Positions 1-10,206 of a stretch of DNA of 64,000 bases are shown in pieces. Numbering within the stretch: position 1 is the first letter of the stretch; every line of letters starts with the position of its first letter. The translations under genes and the position numbers were made by a program. Location: the NCBI RefSeq assembly GCF_025370785.1, contig NZ_JAMXFA010000001.1, positions 107,902 through 171,901 on the forward strand, given 5' to 3'. Below the pieces are notes generated by a model. The model ran no database searches. It had not been told where the DNA came from and saw nothing but the letters and a program-made list of their open reading frames with translations. Source of the DNA: Laspinema olomoucense D3b (GTDB taxonomy: Bacteria; Cyanobacteriota; Cyanobacteriia; Cyanobacteriales; Laspinemataceae).

Positions 1-40
1 CATTGGTCCTGGGTCATTTGTCATTTGTCCTTTGTCCTTA
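1..40. repeat. STRR-like heptamer tract (TTTGTCA/TTTGTCC, reverse complement of GGACAAA/TGACAAA)
   Basis: The sequence cattggtcctgggtcatttgtcatttgtcctttgtcc carries 3-4 tandem copies of the heptamer. The same motif family recurs at 39090-39165, 51359-51415, 62583-62600 and 63901-63960. Confidence 0.6.
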
Positions 41-3000
41 TTATGAGTCGTCTTCATCGATGACGGCATTGCGATCGAGGATGAGTAAGTTGCGTAAATT
101 ATCGCTATCTAAGTCGGCTAACCATTGTTCACCTGCGCCTACGACTTGTTCGGCTAACTCTTTCTTACTCTCAATTAAATCGTGGATTTTCTCCTCTAAA
201 GTGCCGGTACTGATGAATTTATGCACTTGCACATTTTGGGTTTGTCCAATTCTAAATACGCGGTCCGTGGCTTGATTTTCCACGGCGGGATTCCACCAGC
301 GATCGTAGTGGAAGACATGATTGGCGCGGGTTAAGTTTAAACCCACCCCACCGGCTTTGATGGATAGTATCATTATCGGCGGTCCTTGGGGGTCTTGTTG
401 GAAGCGATCGACCATTTCCTCCCGTTGATTTTTGCGGGTTCCTCCATACAAAAATAGAACTTCTCGGCCTAATTTTTCGGACAGATAGGGTTGCAGCAGT
501 TTCCCCCATTCTGCAAATTGAGTAAAGATTAAACCCCGATCGCCTTCTGCCAGCATCTCTTCTAGCATTTCCTCTAAGCGCAGCAATTTGCCCGATCGCA
601 GCGGTTGATTCAGGGTTTTTTCTTTTAAAAACTGCGCCGGATGATTACAAATTTGTTTCAATCTAACCAGCAATGCCAAAATCAACCCATGCCGCTGAAT
701 CCCTTCTGCTGCATCAATGTCAGCCAAGGTACTATCCACGATTTCTTGATACAATTTTGCCTGTTCCGCAGACAATCCACAAAATACCGGATTCTCCTGT
801 TTTTCCGGCAAATCCTGAATGATGGTTTTATCACTTTTGAGGCGACGCAGGACAAAAGGACGAACCAGCGATCGCAATGCCTCCAATGAATCCGTATCCC
901 CATATTTCTCAATCGGGGTAGCAAATCGCCGTTGGAAAAATTGTCGCGCACCTAAATAACCCGGATTCAAAAAGTCCATAATTGACCACAGTTCTTGCAG
1001 TCGGTTTTCCACCGGCGTTCCCGTTAATGCAATCCGAAACGGTTGGGTTTCTTCATCAATCAAATCTCGGACAGCTTTGGACTGTTTCGCCTGGGGATTC
1101 TTAATATTTTGCGCTTCATCTAAAATAATACCTTCCCAAGAAACACTCTGTAGTTCTTTTTGATCCCGATAAACCAGGGGATAACTGGTAATGGCTAAGT
1201 TTTTGCCCTGAATGGCTTGTGCAAAGGCTTTCCCCTTGGCCCGTTTATCGCCATGATGAACCATGACTTTAAGCTTGGGTCCAAATTTTTTAATTTCTCG
1301 TTCCCAGTTGCCTAAAACTGAGGTGGGACAAACTAACAATACGGGATTATTTAATTCTTTTTGGTCTTGCAAATACAGCAAAAATGCAATAGTTTCAATG
1401 GATTTCCCTAATCCCATATCATCGGCTAAACAAGCGCCTAAACCCCATTTTTGTAAGAAAGCCAACCAACTGACACCGCGTAATTGATAGGGCCGCAATT
1501 CCCCTTTGAAGTTGGTAGAAACTTCTAAATCTTCTAGCGATCGCTTGTTAGTGATAGTATTCAGCAACTCCTCCAGATGTCCCCCAGCTTCAAATTTAAC
1601 CACGGGGAGTTTTTCCATGACCTGAGTATCTCCCGTCGCCAAGCGCAAAGCATCTTCTAAGGTCAAAGACATCTGATTTTTGCGAGATTTAAAGAAGTCC
1701 GTGGCGGCGCGAATATCTTGGTCCCGCAGTTCCACCCATTCTCCATTAATTTCTACTAAAGGAGAATTCAAGGCAATTAAACGGTCAAATTCTTTCTTGG
1801 AAATGGTTTGTCCACCAATGGTTAATTCCCATTTAAAATTCAGGAGATTTTGTAATCCTAATCCGCCTTTGGGAAGAGTTGGACTATCGGCGCGAATGGA
1901 TAATCCTAAGCGAGTGGCCCATCCATCGCGAGGGGAAAGACTTTCAGGTAAAATGACGCCTAATCCACTATCTTCAAAACGCCAAGTGACAGATTTAATA
2001 AAGTGATAGGCTTGCAGAGGTGCGATCGCACAGGATTGGGGACATTGCGTATCTAAACTCGCTTCCAAGGGCGGAAATAGGCGGGAAGCTAATCCTAATC
2101 CCCGCAACAAAGTTTCCTGGGGGTGTTCAATGGTGCGACCTTGATATACAAACTGTTCCACTGGATTATTCCAGATGGTTTTGGCATCGACTAAACAGTA
2201 AGCATCATCAATGGATTGCAAGAAATATTGCAACGTCCAACGATTATCGCCATATTCCGGGGGGACGAGTTCAAAGGCGGCGCGAAACGGTTGCTGTCCG
2301 GCGAGATGAGGGGCAACTGGGGCCGTCCAGGTGGCGATCGCCGATTCAATTTTGGCGATCGCATCGGGTTCCCCAGAAATCATCCCCGGTTCAGAAACTA
2401 ACCCTTGCAGCCATTCTTTCACCGGAGAGACCAAATTTGGCATGGACTCCTGCCCAGCCGCCTTGCGGATGCGAATATCCAGGGCTTGAGAGAGAAATCC
2501 TTGTAACAACTCCTGGGGTTCTGGGGGGAATTGGACTGCTAATTCTTCTGGGTTGCCGAGTTGATAGGTCCGGCAAGCCGTGGGCATTTGCTGGGTGAAG
2601 CGGTTGAGGCGTTTGCGATCGGTGTCGCTATCCAGGAGGGGTTGCCAATGGGCGATCGCGCCTCCGGTGAGAGGGCGTTGGATTTGGGGGAGAAACTTAC
2701 ATCGCGCCTGGAGGTCCAGACTCCACCGGGCAATGTGGGACCAGAAGCGCAAGTCAGACCCGATAAAATTATCCGCAGGGTCGAGGGTCCCCAAGGGCAA
2801 TGCGGATAAAAAGTCAATGGTATCTGCGGCATTCAGGCAGAGTCCCTCAACTTGCCAAGGATACAGCACAATGTCTTCTTCTGAAGGTTGACTCCCGGAA
2901 TGGAGGGGAATCGGACCCTGAGAGGAACTGAGATCCGTTGGCAGGGCGATCGCCACCTTCTGCCAAGGTTCAATCCCTAGCTTTTTGTCAGTCTTCTTTT

Positions 3001-3262
3001 GTTTTTTGCCTTTTGTAGCAGTCGGATCCGCCCAGTCGGGTAATTTCCAGGACAAGCGATTTTCTGTGTTTAAGCGGGTGATAAACTCGCTTAATTCACT
3101 GGCATTCATGGCTAAAGGATGGACGAGGGCCTTCCCTAAATTTGGCGTTTCATCGGGATTGAATCGCCGCCAAGTTTCTCCCCAAATTAATAAATATTCA
3201 CCGATTTGTTTGCCTTCGGTTGAATCCCCTGATTGAATCCAACTGCCATGTAAAATTGCCAT
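41..3262 (-). CDS. SNF2/RapA-family DNA helicase with a long N-terminal SNF2-associated region
   Basis: The 1073-aa ORF has the helicase motif I LADDMGLGKSIETIAFLL, DEAQNIKN (motif II) and a helicase-C region (LTRANHVFHYDRWWNPAVENQATDRVFRIGQ). About 480 aa precede the ATPase core. Confidence 0.85.
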   Translation of the reverse strand: MAILHGSWIQSGDSTEGKQIGEYLLIWGETWRRFNPDETPNLGKALVHPLAMNASELSEFITRLNTENRLSWKLPDWADPTATKGKKQKKTDKKLGIEPWQKVAIALPTDLSSSQGPIPLHSGSQPSEEDIVLYPWQVEGLCLNAADTIDFLSALPLGTLDPADNFIGSDLRFWSHIARWSLDLQARCKFLPQIQRPLTGGAIAHWQPLLDSDTDRKRLNRFTQQMPTACRTYQLGNPEELAVQFPPEPQELLQGFLSQALDIRIRKAAGQESMPNLVSPVKEWLQGLVSEPGMISGEPDAIAKIESAIATWTAPVAPHLAGQQPFRAAFELVPPEYGDNRWTLQYFLQSIDDAYCLVDAKTIWNNPVEQFVYQGRTIEHPQETLLRGLGLASRLFPPLEASLDTQCPQSCAIAPLQAYHFIKSVTWRFEDSGLGVILPESLSPRDGWATRLGLSIRADSPTLPKGGLGLQNLLNFKWELTIGGQTISKKEFDRLIALNSPLVEINGEWVELRDQDIRAATDFFKSRKNQMSLTLEDALRLATGDTQVMEKLPVVKFEAGGHLEELLNTITNKRSLEDLEVSTNFKGELRPYQLRGVSWLAFLQKWGLGACLADDMGLGKSIETIAFLLYLQDQKELNNPVLLVCPTSVLGNWEREIKKFGPKLKVMVHHGDKRAKGKAFAQAIQGKNLAITSYPLVYRDQKELQSVSWEGIILDEAQNIKNPQAKQSKAVRDLIDEETQPFRIALTGTPVENRLQELWSIMDFLNPGYLGARQFFQRRFATPIEKYGDTDSLEALRSLVRPFVLRRLKSDKTIIQDLPEKQENPVFCGLSAEQAKLYQEIVDSTLADIDAAEGIQRHGLILALLVRLKQICNHPAQFLKEKTLNQPLRSGKLLRLEEMLEEMLAEGDRGLIFTQFAEWGKLLQPYLSEKLGREVLFLYGGTRKNQREEMVDRFQQDPQGPPIMILSIKAGGVGLNLTRANHVFHYDRWWNPAVENQATDRVFRIGQTQNVQVHKFISTGTLEEKIHDLIESKKELAEQVVGAGEQWLADLDSDNLRNLLILDRNAVIDEDDS

Positions 3263-3915
3263 GCCTGTGAAAAATCCTCTAACTGACGACTTATTATGAA
3301 ATGGGTCTGTTTAAAACGCTTGGGTTCAATTTTAGATTAAAAAAGAGGGAATTCATAACAGTTGACCCCGCCGGATTGGATGGAACGGATGGTAATTTTC
3401 CGGCTGAATTCCAATGCCCTGGAATGCGACTGGCCTCAATTTAACATTTTTCCGGCAACCCAAACCTCGGATTCAGGGCGATCGCACCAGGGGATAGGAA
3501 TAGGGCAGGGATAAGGGTCACCCAGGAGGAATCCCGAGAACCGCTTAAGGCTCAGGGGCGTCCAAACCGAACGACTCCTGTCCCTGATTCGCTGAAGATT
3601 TTGCCGGATTGCGGGGATGATGTCTGGCGTGTAAAGCTGCGATCGTGGGCTAAAATGGATCAAAAGGCTTGAAACATGGGGACGAGTACCCAAAGAAAGC
3701 ATCCGCGCAGGGGCGGCGGACCCAAAGAAGGAGAGATGCACTCAAGCCAAAACCGCTCCGTAAAGACCGGGCGAGATCATCAGGGATCGTGGCCAAGAGA
3801 TTGCTGTTGCCTGATCAGTCCGAACCCCTGGTTGCGTCTAAAGCGATCGCACTTTAGAAGTGTTACGATTGCCACAGAAAAGAAAAGAGAGCGAATTAGA
3901 AGGAAAAAGGACTGC

Positions 3916-6066
3916 ATGAAAGAAATTGAAAAGTCAATATCCTTTGATGGACGGGATATTCGACTCACTATTGGGTTGTTTGCACCCCAGGCGGGTGGTG
4001 CAGTATTAATTCAGTCGGGAGATACGGCTGTATTCGTGACGGCGACCCGTTCCCAGGGCAGAGAGGGCATTGATTTTCTCCCCTTATTGGTTGATTACGA
4101 AGAACGCCTCTATGCAGGGGGGAAAATTCCTGGAGGCTTCTTACGACGGGAAGGAAGACCACCGGAAAAGGTAACCTTAACCTGTCGATTAATTGACCGT
4201 CCCTTGCGGCCTTTGATTCCCCAGTGGATTCGGGATGATATTCAAATTGTCGCTACAACCTGGTCAATGGACCCCCAAGTGCCCCCGGATGTCTTAGCAG
4301 TGACGGGTGCTTCGGTGGCGGTGCAGTTAGCCGGAATTCCCTTCTATGGTCCCATGGCAGCCGTGCGCGTCGGTTTGGTGGGTGATGATTTTATCATTAA
4401 TCCCACCTATAAAGAAATCACCTCGGGAGATTTGGATCTGGTCGTCGCCGGGAGCCCCGATGGGGTAATCATGGTAGAAGCCGGTGCGAATCAGCTTCCC
4501 GAACAGGATATCATCGAAGCCATTGATTTCGGCTATGAAGCAACCTGCGATTTGATTCAAGCGCAGCGGGAAATCATGGAAGAGTTAGGAATTGAGCCAG
4601 TCATTGAGCCACCGCAAGAGGTGGATCAGACCCTGGAAACGTTCATTCAGGAACGGACAACCGATGATATTAAAGGGATTTTGTCTCAGTATTTAGACAA
4701 AACCCTCCGCGATACGCGCTTAGATGAGATTAAAGAAACCATCCAAGAGCAAATAGCTCAAATGCCCGAGGAAGAACCCGTGAGGGTTGCGGCAACGGCT
4801 GACAGCAAAGCGTTGGGGAAAGTCTTTAAAGAAGTCACCAAGAAACTGATGCGGCGGCAGATTGTCGAAGATGGCGTGCGCGTCGATGGTCGTAAACTGG
4901 ACGAAGTACGGCCTGTTTCCTGCCGCGTGGGACTGTTGCCCAGACGGGTTCATGGTAGCGCTTTATTTAACCGGGGATTAACTCAGGTGTTATCGTTGGT
5001 GACCTTGGGAACTCCGGGAGATGCCCAAGATTTAGCCGATGACCTGCATCCGGAAGATGAAAAGCGGTATCTACACCATTACAACTTCCCGCCGTTTTCC
5101 GTGGGAGAAACCCGACCGATGCGATCGCCTGGACGTCGGGAAATCGGTCACGGCGCTTTAGCAGAACGCGCCTTACTGCCGGTGTTACCGGATTATGACA
5201 AATTCCCTTATGTGATTCGCGTCGTCTCTGAGGTGCTCTCGTCCAACGGTTCCACCTCAATGGGTTCGGTGTGCGGTTCGACCCTGGGTCTAATGGATGC
5301 CGGTGTTCCTATCAAGAAACCCGTTTCCGGTGCCGCAATGGGTCTGATCAAAGAAGGGGATGAAGTTCGGATTTTGACCGATATCCAAGGAATTGAAGAT
5401 TTCCTCGGGGATATGGACTTCAAAGTAGCAGGAACCGACACGGGAATCACTGCCTTGCAGATGGATATGAAAATCTCCGGGTTGTCTATGGAGACGATCG
5501 CCCAGGCGATTCAGCAAGCGAAACCGGCGCGACTGCATATCCTGGAAAAAATGCTGGGGACAATTGATACAGCGCGCGCAGAACTCTCACCCTATGCGCC
5601 ACGCCTGTTGACGATCAAGATTGACCCCGAATTCATTGGCATGGTGATTGGACCGGGCGGTAAGATGATTAAGAGCATTACCGAGGAAACTGGTGCCAAG
5701 ATTGATATCCAGGATGATGGAACCGTCACCGTTTCGGCGATCGAAAGTGAAAAGGCACAGCGTGCAGTAACGATTATTCAAAACATGACTCGCAAGTTAT
5801 CGGCGGGGGATGTTTATCTGGGGACCGTCACGCGGATTATTCCGATTGGTGCGTTTGTGGAATTCCTCCCTGGTAAGGAAGGAATGGTACACATTTCTCA
5901 GATTGCCGATTATCGAGTCGGCAAGGTTGAGGATGAACTCGCCGTGGGTGATCAAGTCGTGATTAAAGTGCGCGATATTGATAACAAAGGCCGAATCAAT
6001 CTCACTCGTCTGAACATTCATCCTGATGAGGCACAAGCGGCCCGGGAAGCAGCGGGACTGGTGTAG
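3916..6066 (+). CDS. pnp: polynucleotide phosphorylase (PNPase)
   Basis: The RNase PH-like duplicated core and the KH ([10 protein letters not shown]) and S1 domains are present. The ATG at 3916 has an AGGAAAAAGG RBS, whereas the longer ORF from 3676 adds a non-homologous Arg-rich leader. Confidence 0.93.
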   Translation: MKEIEKSISFDGRDIRLTIGLFAPQAGGAVLIQSGDTAVFVTATRSQGREGIDFLPLLVDYEERLYAGGKIPGGFLRREGRPPEKVTLTCRLIDRPLRPLIPQWIRDDIQIVATTWSMDPQVPPDVLAVTGASVAVQLAGIPFYGPMAAVRVGLVGDDFIINPTYKEITSGDLDLVVAGSPDGVIMVEAGANQLPEQDIIEAIDFGYEATCDLIQAQREIMEELGIEPVIEPPQEVDQTLETFIQERTTDDIKGILSQYLDKTLRDTRLDEIKETIQEQIAQMPEEEPVRVAATADSKALGKVFKEVTKKLMRRQIVEDGVRVDGRKLDEVRPVSCRVGLLPRRVHGSALFNRGLTQVLSLVTLGTPGDAQDLADDLHPEDEKRYLHHYNFPPFSVGETRPMRSPGRREIGHGALAERALLPVLPDYDKFPYVIRVVSEVLSSNGSTSMGSVCGSTLGLMDAGVPIKKPVSGAAMGLIKEGDEVRILTDIQGIEDFLGDMDFKVAGTDTGITALQMDMKISGLSMETIAQAIQQAKPARLHILEKMLGTIDTARAELSPYAPRLLTIKIDPEFIGMVIGPGGKMIKSITEETGAKIDIQDDGTVTVSAIESEKAQRAVTIIQNMTRKLSAGDVYLGTVTRIIPIGAFVEFLPGKEGMVHISQIADYRVGKVEDELAVGDQVVIKVRDIDNKGRINLTRLNIHPDEAQAAREAAGLV

Positions 6067-6164
6067 AAAAGTCTAGCTTTATCCCTCCAATTTGACCTGG
6101 AGGGGTTGCTTATGGCCTGCCTACAAGGATTAATGATCCGTGATAAGTGAGAATGGGTGATAGA

Positions 6165-6190
6165 AAGCTTCTGAAATCAGAAGCTTTTTG
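6165..6190 (+). terminator. rho-independent terminator downstream of pnp
   Basis: The hairpin aagcttctga-aat-tcagaagctt is followed by TTTTG. Confidence 0.5.
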
Positions 6191-6311
6191 CATTTCAAGT
6201 AGGCGATCGCCCCTGTGAGGGTAAGACAGAAACCCCACCCAGGATTCCCCCGGGTGGTGGGGTTTATGCTAAGAAAGCAAATCAAAGCACAACGGTGAGG
6301 GTGGACCTAAT

Positions 6312-6671
6312 CTAACATGACTCGTCGAACCAATCTTCCCGACCTAACAAATCACAGATGCGATCGCGCAGCAAAAAGTCATTTTGTTCTAACTCTCGCT
6401 CGATGTTTCCCCATTCACGAGCGGGAATGTACTTGCAAAGGGTATAAATCGGCTGCTGACGGCTGAGAATGCCTTTTTTGACGAGTTGACGAGCTTCTTG
6501 TTTGATAAAGCCTATGCTATATGAGATCGTCGCTTGAACCATATTGAAAATCGCTATCCCCTTCAGGGCGGTAGGAGAGTCACTTAATTTTATATTTAAA
6601 ATGGCAGTTTCGGCTACAATTGACGCCGATATCGTTCCCGAACCATAACAATTTCTATAGCCTTTTATCAA
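6312..6671 (-). CDS. hypothetical protein (possibly a remnant)
   Basis: The 119-aa ORF has no recognisable motifs. It lies in an intergenic region that also contains a solo MITE TIR, so its coding status is uncertain. Confidence 0.25.
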   Translation of the reverse strand: MIKGYRNCYGSGTISASIVAETAILNIKLSDSPTALKGIAIFNMVQATISYSIGFIKQEARQLVKKGILSRQQPIYTLCKYIPAREWGNIERELEQNDFLLRDRICDLLGREDWFDESC

Positions 6672-7084
6672 TTTGAATCAGCACTTAAGCTCCCTAGCTT
6701 CCTGAGAAAGTAAGGTTTAGGTTGGGTCATGCTCGTTCTCTTTTCAAGACAGAAGAACGACTGAAGTCGTTACTACAAATGGAGGCTAACCGGGGAGGAC
6801 AACTTCCTGAGTTTTTTAAATTCACCGGAATGACTTTAGCAGTTCGGCGGGTTTTTGTAGTAAGCACTTCACTGCTGTCTTCATTAAAATTAATATGAAT
6901 CATTAAGGATGAGCAACAGAAAACTCCCGACCCAGAGTCGCGAGTCACCCCCGAGGCCCTAAACAGCCTACGGCCCCACCGAGAGGTTTGGCGACTTTTT
7001 CGCCAGATTGGCGTGAAACGATCCCAATTCGCTTTACACTCATATTCAGTATTTTGTCGAATTCTGTATCTGACTGAGCTAACC

Positions 7085-7813
7085 GTGCGAAAAATCATTC
7101 TGGCCGGTAATTGGAAAATGTACAAAACCCAGGCAGAAGCCCTGGAGTTTTTAGAGGGGTTCAAACCCAACGCAGAGGACGCCCCGGAGAATCGGGAAGT
7201 GGTTCTGTGCGTGCCATTCACTGCTTTAAGCGATCTGTCCAAGAATTTGCACGGGAGTCGCATTCGCCTAGGTGCTCAGAATATTCACTGGGAAGAAGCG
7301 GGTGCCTATACGGGAGAAATTTCTGGCCCGATGCTGACGGAAATCGGCGTGCGGTATGTCATTATCGGGCATAGCGAGCGTCGGCAATATTTTGGGGAAA
7401 CCGATGAAACGGTGAACCTGCGCCTAAAAGCAGCCCAGAAATATGGACTGATTCCCATCCTCTGTGTAGGTGAAACGAAGGAACAACGCGCCGCTAACGA
7501 GACGGAATCTCACATTTTAGGTCAACTGGAAAAAGACCTGGTAGATATCGACCAAACCCAGTTGGTGATTGCCTACGAACCAATTTGGGCGATCGGGACT
7601 GGGGAAACCTGTGAACCTGACGAGGCAAACCGAGTGATCGGGTTGATTCGCTCAAAATTGGACAATAAAGAGGTCACGATTCAGTATGGTGGATCGGTCA
7701 AACCGGATAATATCGATGAATTGATGGCACAGCCGGAAATTGATGGAGTATTGGTCGGTGGAGCCAGTCTCACCCCGGATAGCTGGGGCAAAATTGTCAA
7801 CTATCGCGCTTAG
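7085..7813 (+). CDS. tpiA: triosephosphate isomerase
   Basis: The N-terminal motif (V)[11 protein letters not shown] is present, along with the catalytic [12 protein letters not shown] and the loop GGSVKPDN. The start is a GTG at 7085, and the in-frame upstream ORF portion (7013-7084) lacks homology. Confidence 0.88.
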   Translation: MRKIILAGNWKMYKTQAEALEFLEGFKPNAEDAPENREVVLCVPFTALSDLSKNLHGSRIRLGAQNIHWEEAGAYTGEISGPMLTEIGVRYVIIGHSERRQYFGETDETVNLRLKAAQKYGLIPILCVGETKEQRAANETESHILGQLEKDLVDIDQTQLVIAYEPIWAIGTGETCEPDEANRVIGLIRSKLDNKEVTIQYGGSVKPDNIDELMAQPEIDGVLVGGASLTPDSWGKIVNYRA

Positions 7814-7956
7814 GTTGAAGGGATAACGGTTCATTTCCGAACCGGAATCCATTCTCCGAATCATGCAGGAGGGGCGCTCTGCGGTGCGCCCTGGACTGTC
7901 TAGGGAAGAAACCCGCAAGAAACCCGCACCCTGGAAGCGGGCTAAAACCATCCAGA

Positions 7957-8163
7957 AACCCGCACCCTGGAAGGGTGGGGCTATATGAACAAAGCCCGAG
8001 AAGCGCGGGCTAAAGAGAAAATTTTAAAAACTAAATGGGGTATGAATCGTTATCCCCCGTTCACAGCAAATCATGCCCAATTCGGTTATTAAAAGTCGAT
8101 TTTCTGTATTAGCCTGCGTAGGCAGGCTTTGTCCGTAGAGCCCCACCCTTGAGGGTGCGGGTT
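7957..8163. mobile_element. MITE-like element with ~25-bp terminal inverted repeats
   Basis: The left end aacccgcaccctggaagggtggggct (7957-7982) pairs with the right end agccccacccttgagggtgcgggtt (8139-8163) with a single mismatch. The internal core agcccgagaagcgcgggctaaagagaaaa...ttttaaaaac is shared with the MITE at 62631-62951. A direct repeat of agaaacccgcaccctggaag lies upstream. Confidence 0.45.
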
Positions 8164-8234
8164 TTGATAAACCTTTCAAAACCGAATTCCGTATCACTCG
8201 TTAACCCCTATCTCTCAAAAGTCATTAATCCTGG

Positions 8235-9104
8235 ATGAATCATCAACCCTTGCCGCTGAGGATTCGCGATCGCCCGTTTGTGTGGGGTCAGCGGACCTAT
8301 TTGATGGCGGTCCTCAACGTTACCCCGGATAGTTTTAGTGATGGGGGCGAATTTAACACCCTGGAGACTGCGGTTACTCATGCCAAGGCGTTAATTAACG
8401 CCGGTGCCGATATTTTGGACATTGGGGGCCAGTCCACGCGACCGGGGGCCTTGGAAGTCTCCTTAACAGAGGAACTGAATCGTGTGGTTCCGGTGGTGCG
8501 ATCGCTTCGAGAAGACCCCGGTTTCGCCACCTGTCCCATTTCTATCGATACCTCGCGATCGGCTGTAGCAAAAGCTGCCATAGAAGCGGGTGCAGATATT
8601 GTCAACGATGTGACTGGGGGAACCGGGGACCCAGAAATGTTCTCGGTAGTGGCAGCATTAGGCGTCCCCTTCGTCCTCATGCATAGTCGAGGCACTCCGG
8701 AAACCATGCAAAAACTCACCCATTATCAGGATTTAATCGGGGACATCACAGAATTTTTCACCGTTCAAATTCAGAAGGCAACTGCTGCCGGAATTCAACC
8801 CTCTCAAATTATTCTCGATCCGGGGATTGGGTTTGCTAAAACCTGGGAGCAGAACCTGGACCTGATTAGAAACTTATCCCAGTTTCAAACATTAGGCTAT
8901 CCCCTGTTAGTCGGCCCTTCTCGTAAAAGTTTTATCGGACATCTGGTCAACCAACCCGACCCCAAACAGCGAGTCTGGGGAACCGCTGCCGCTTGTTGTG
9001 CGGCGATCGCCACTGGCAGTACCGATATCCTCCGCATCCATGATGTTGCTGAAATGCACGACGTTTGTCGGGTGGCTGATGCCATTTATCGACCCAAAAC
9101 CTAA
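8235..9104 (+). CDS. folP: dihydropteroate synthase
   Basis: The pterin-binding motifs LMAVLNVTPDSFSDGG and DIGGQSTRPGA are present, as is the C-terminal ILRIHDV. Confidence 0.9.
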   Translation: MNHQPLPLRIRDRPFVWGQRTYLMAVLNVTPDSFSDGGEFNTLETAVTHAKALINAGADILDIGGQSTRPGALEVSLTEELNRVVPVVRSLREDPGFATCPISIDTSRSAVAKAAIEAGADIVNDVTGGTGDPEMFSVVAALGVPFVLMHSRGTPETMQKLTHYQDLIGDITEFFTVQIQKATAAGIQPSQIILDPGIGFAKTWEQNLDLIRNLSQFQTLGYPLLVGPSRKSFIGHLVNQPDPKQRVWGTAAACCAAIATGSTDILRIHDVAEMHDVCRVADAIYRPKT

Positions 9105-9970
9105 GTAGGATTCGAGCCATTTCCCGGCGGACTGGGGGGAGGATTTCCTCCTGGGGGGGTAGGATTATTCGGATTAGTCAGGTGTTGGCCAATTTCCGGC
9201 GTATAAATCAGCTCTGATAGGGTATCATTTAACGCCTTGGGATCCATAAAAATTACCTTAGAATTAGGACTTTTACTCAGTTCTTGATTCGCATCCACAT
9301 AGCGTTTAGCCAGCAAATATCTCATCACTTCTGTGGTTGTCATCTGAGGTTGTAGCAAGTCTAAAATCAGTTGCACAGACTCGGCAGTTGCTTCAGCATC
9401 AACAATAGTTGCCCGTTTGCGAATTTCCGAAGCGCGTTGCATTTCCATTGATTCTAAAACCGTTTTCGGCGGGTCAAGGTCTTGAACTTCCACGCGCAAA
9501 ACTTTAATTCCCCAACTAAATGTTGCTTCATCTAAACTTTTTAGCACCCGCTTATTAATCTCCTCCGTGGAATAAAAAGTTTCCTCCAATTCCATGTGAC
9601 CAATGGTCGAACGCAGGGTGGTTAAAACCAGGTTTTTAATCGCTAAATTGATGTTATTGATCTCATAATAGGCTTTTTGCAAATCCATGATTTTCCAATA
9701 GACTACCGCATCTAATTTAATAGCGACGTTATCTTTGGTAATGGCATTTTGAGGCGGGACATCTAAAACTTGTTCCCGAGTAGTATCTACTACCACGATA
9801 CTTTCGACATAAGGAAATACCAAATTAGGACCGGGACTCAGTTTGCGATTAAATCGGCCTAACCGTTCAACTAAGGCTTCGTTTCCTTCATTAATAACTT
9901 TAACGGCGCTCACGGTATAACCGAGAATGCCAAAAATTAAGGGAACTACAAAAGCAAAAAATGTATTCAT
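9101..9970 (-). CDS. SPFH/band-7 (stomatin/prohibitin-like) membrane protein with a Pro-rich C-terminal tail
   Basis: An N-terminal transmembrane segment is followed by VKVINEGNEALVERLGRF and an SPFH core. Its stop codon overlaps the folP stop (shared CTAA at 9101-9104). Confidence 0.85.
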   Translation of the reverse strand: MNTFFAFVVPLIFGILGYTVSAVKVINEGNEALVERLGRFNRKLSPGPNLVFPYVESIVVVDTTREQVLDVPPQNAITKDNVAIKLDAVVYWKIMDLQKAYYEINNINLAIKNLVLTTLRSTIGHMELEETFYSTEEINKRVLKSLDEATFSWGIKVLRVEVQDLDPPKTVLESMEMQRASEIRKRATIVDAEATAESVQLILDLLQPQMTTTEVMRYLLAKRYVDANQELSKSPNSKVIFMDPKALNDTLSELIYTPEIGQHLTNPNNPTPPGGNPPPSPPGNGSNPT

Positions 9971-10206
9971 AATGCAGGATATCAGCCCAAAATAATCTCA
10001 AAAAATGCTGAAATTTTAGGCCCAACTTAGAGAAATAGGGCGAGAGTTTAATTCCTGAAGCAATCCCGATGTTTTTGGTTCAGGAATAGGGGGAAAAAAT
10101 CTCTAAGACAGGTATTGTCTCTAGTTTAATCGGTTTGTGAAGGTTAAGCATCCGTACAAGGGCGATCGCATCTTAAACACAGGATGCGATCGCCCTTGTC
10201 AATGCC

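Noticed and set aside
3-275. 90-aa plus-strand ORF at the window start
   Set aside because: It lies entirely inside the SNF2 helicase gene on the opposite strand and its translation is low-complexity. It is an antisense frame artefact.
2020-2598. 192-aa ORF antisense to the SNF2 helicase
   Set aside because: It is internal to a strongly supported CDS and is an antisense artefact.
6727-7263. 178-aa minus-strand ORF
   Set aside because: It overlaps the 5' end of tpiA and the intergenic MITE-TIR fragment. Its composition is Arg/Ser-rich and it has no motifs, so it is spurious.
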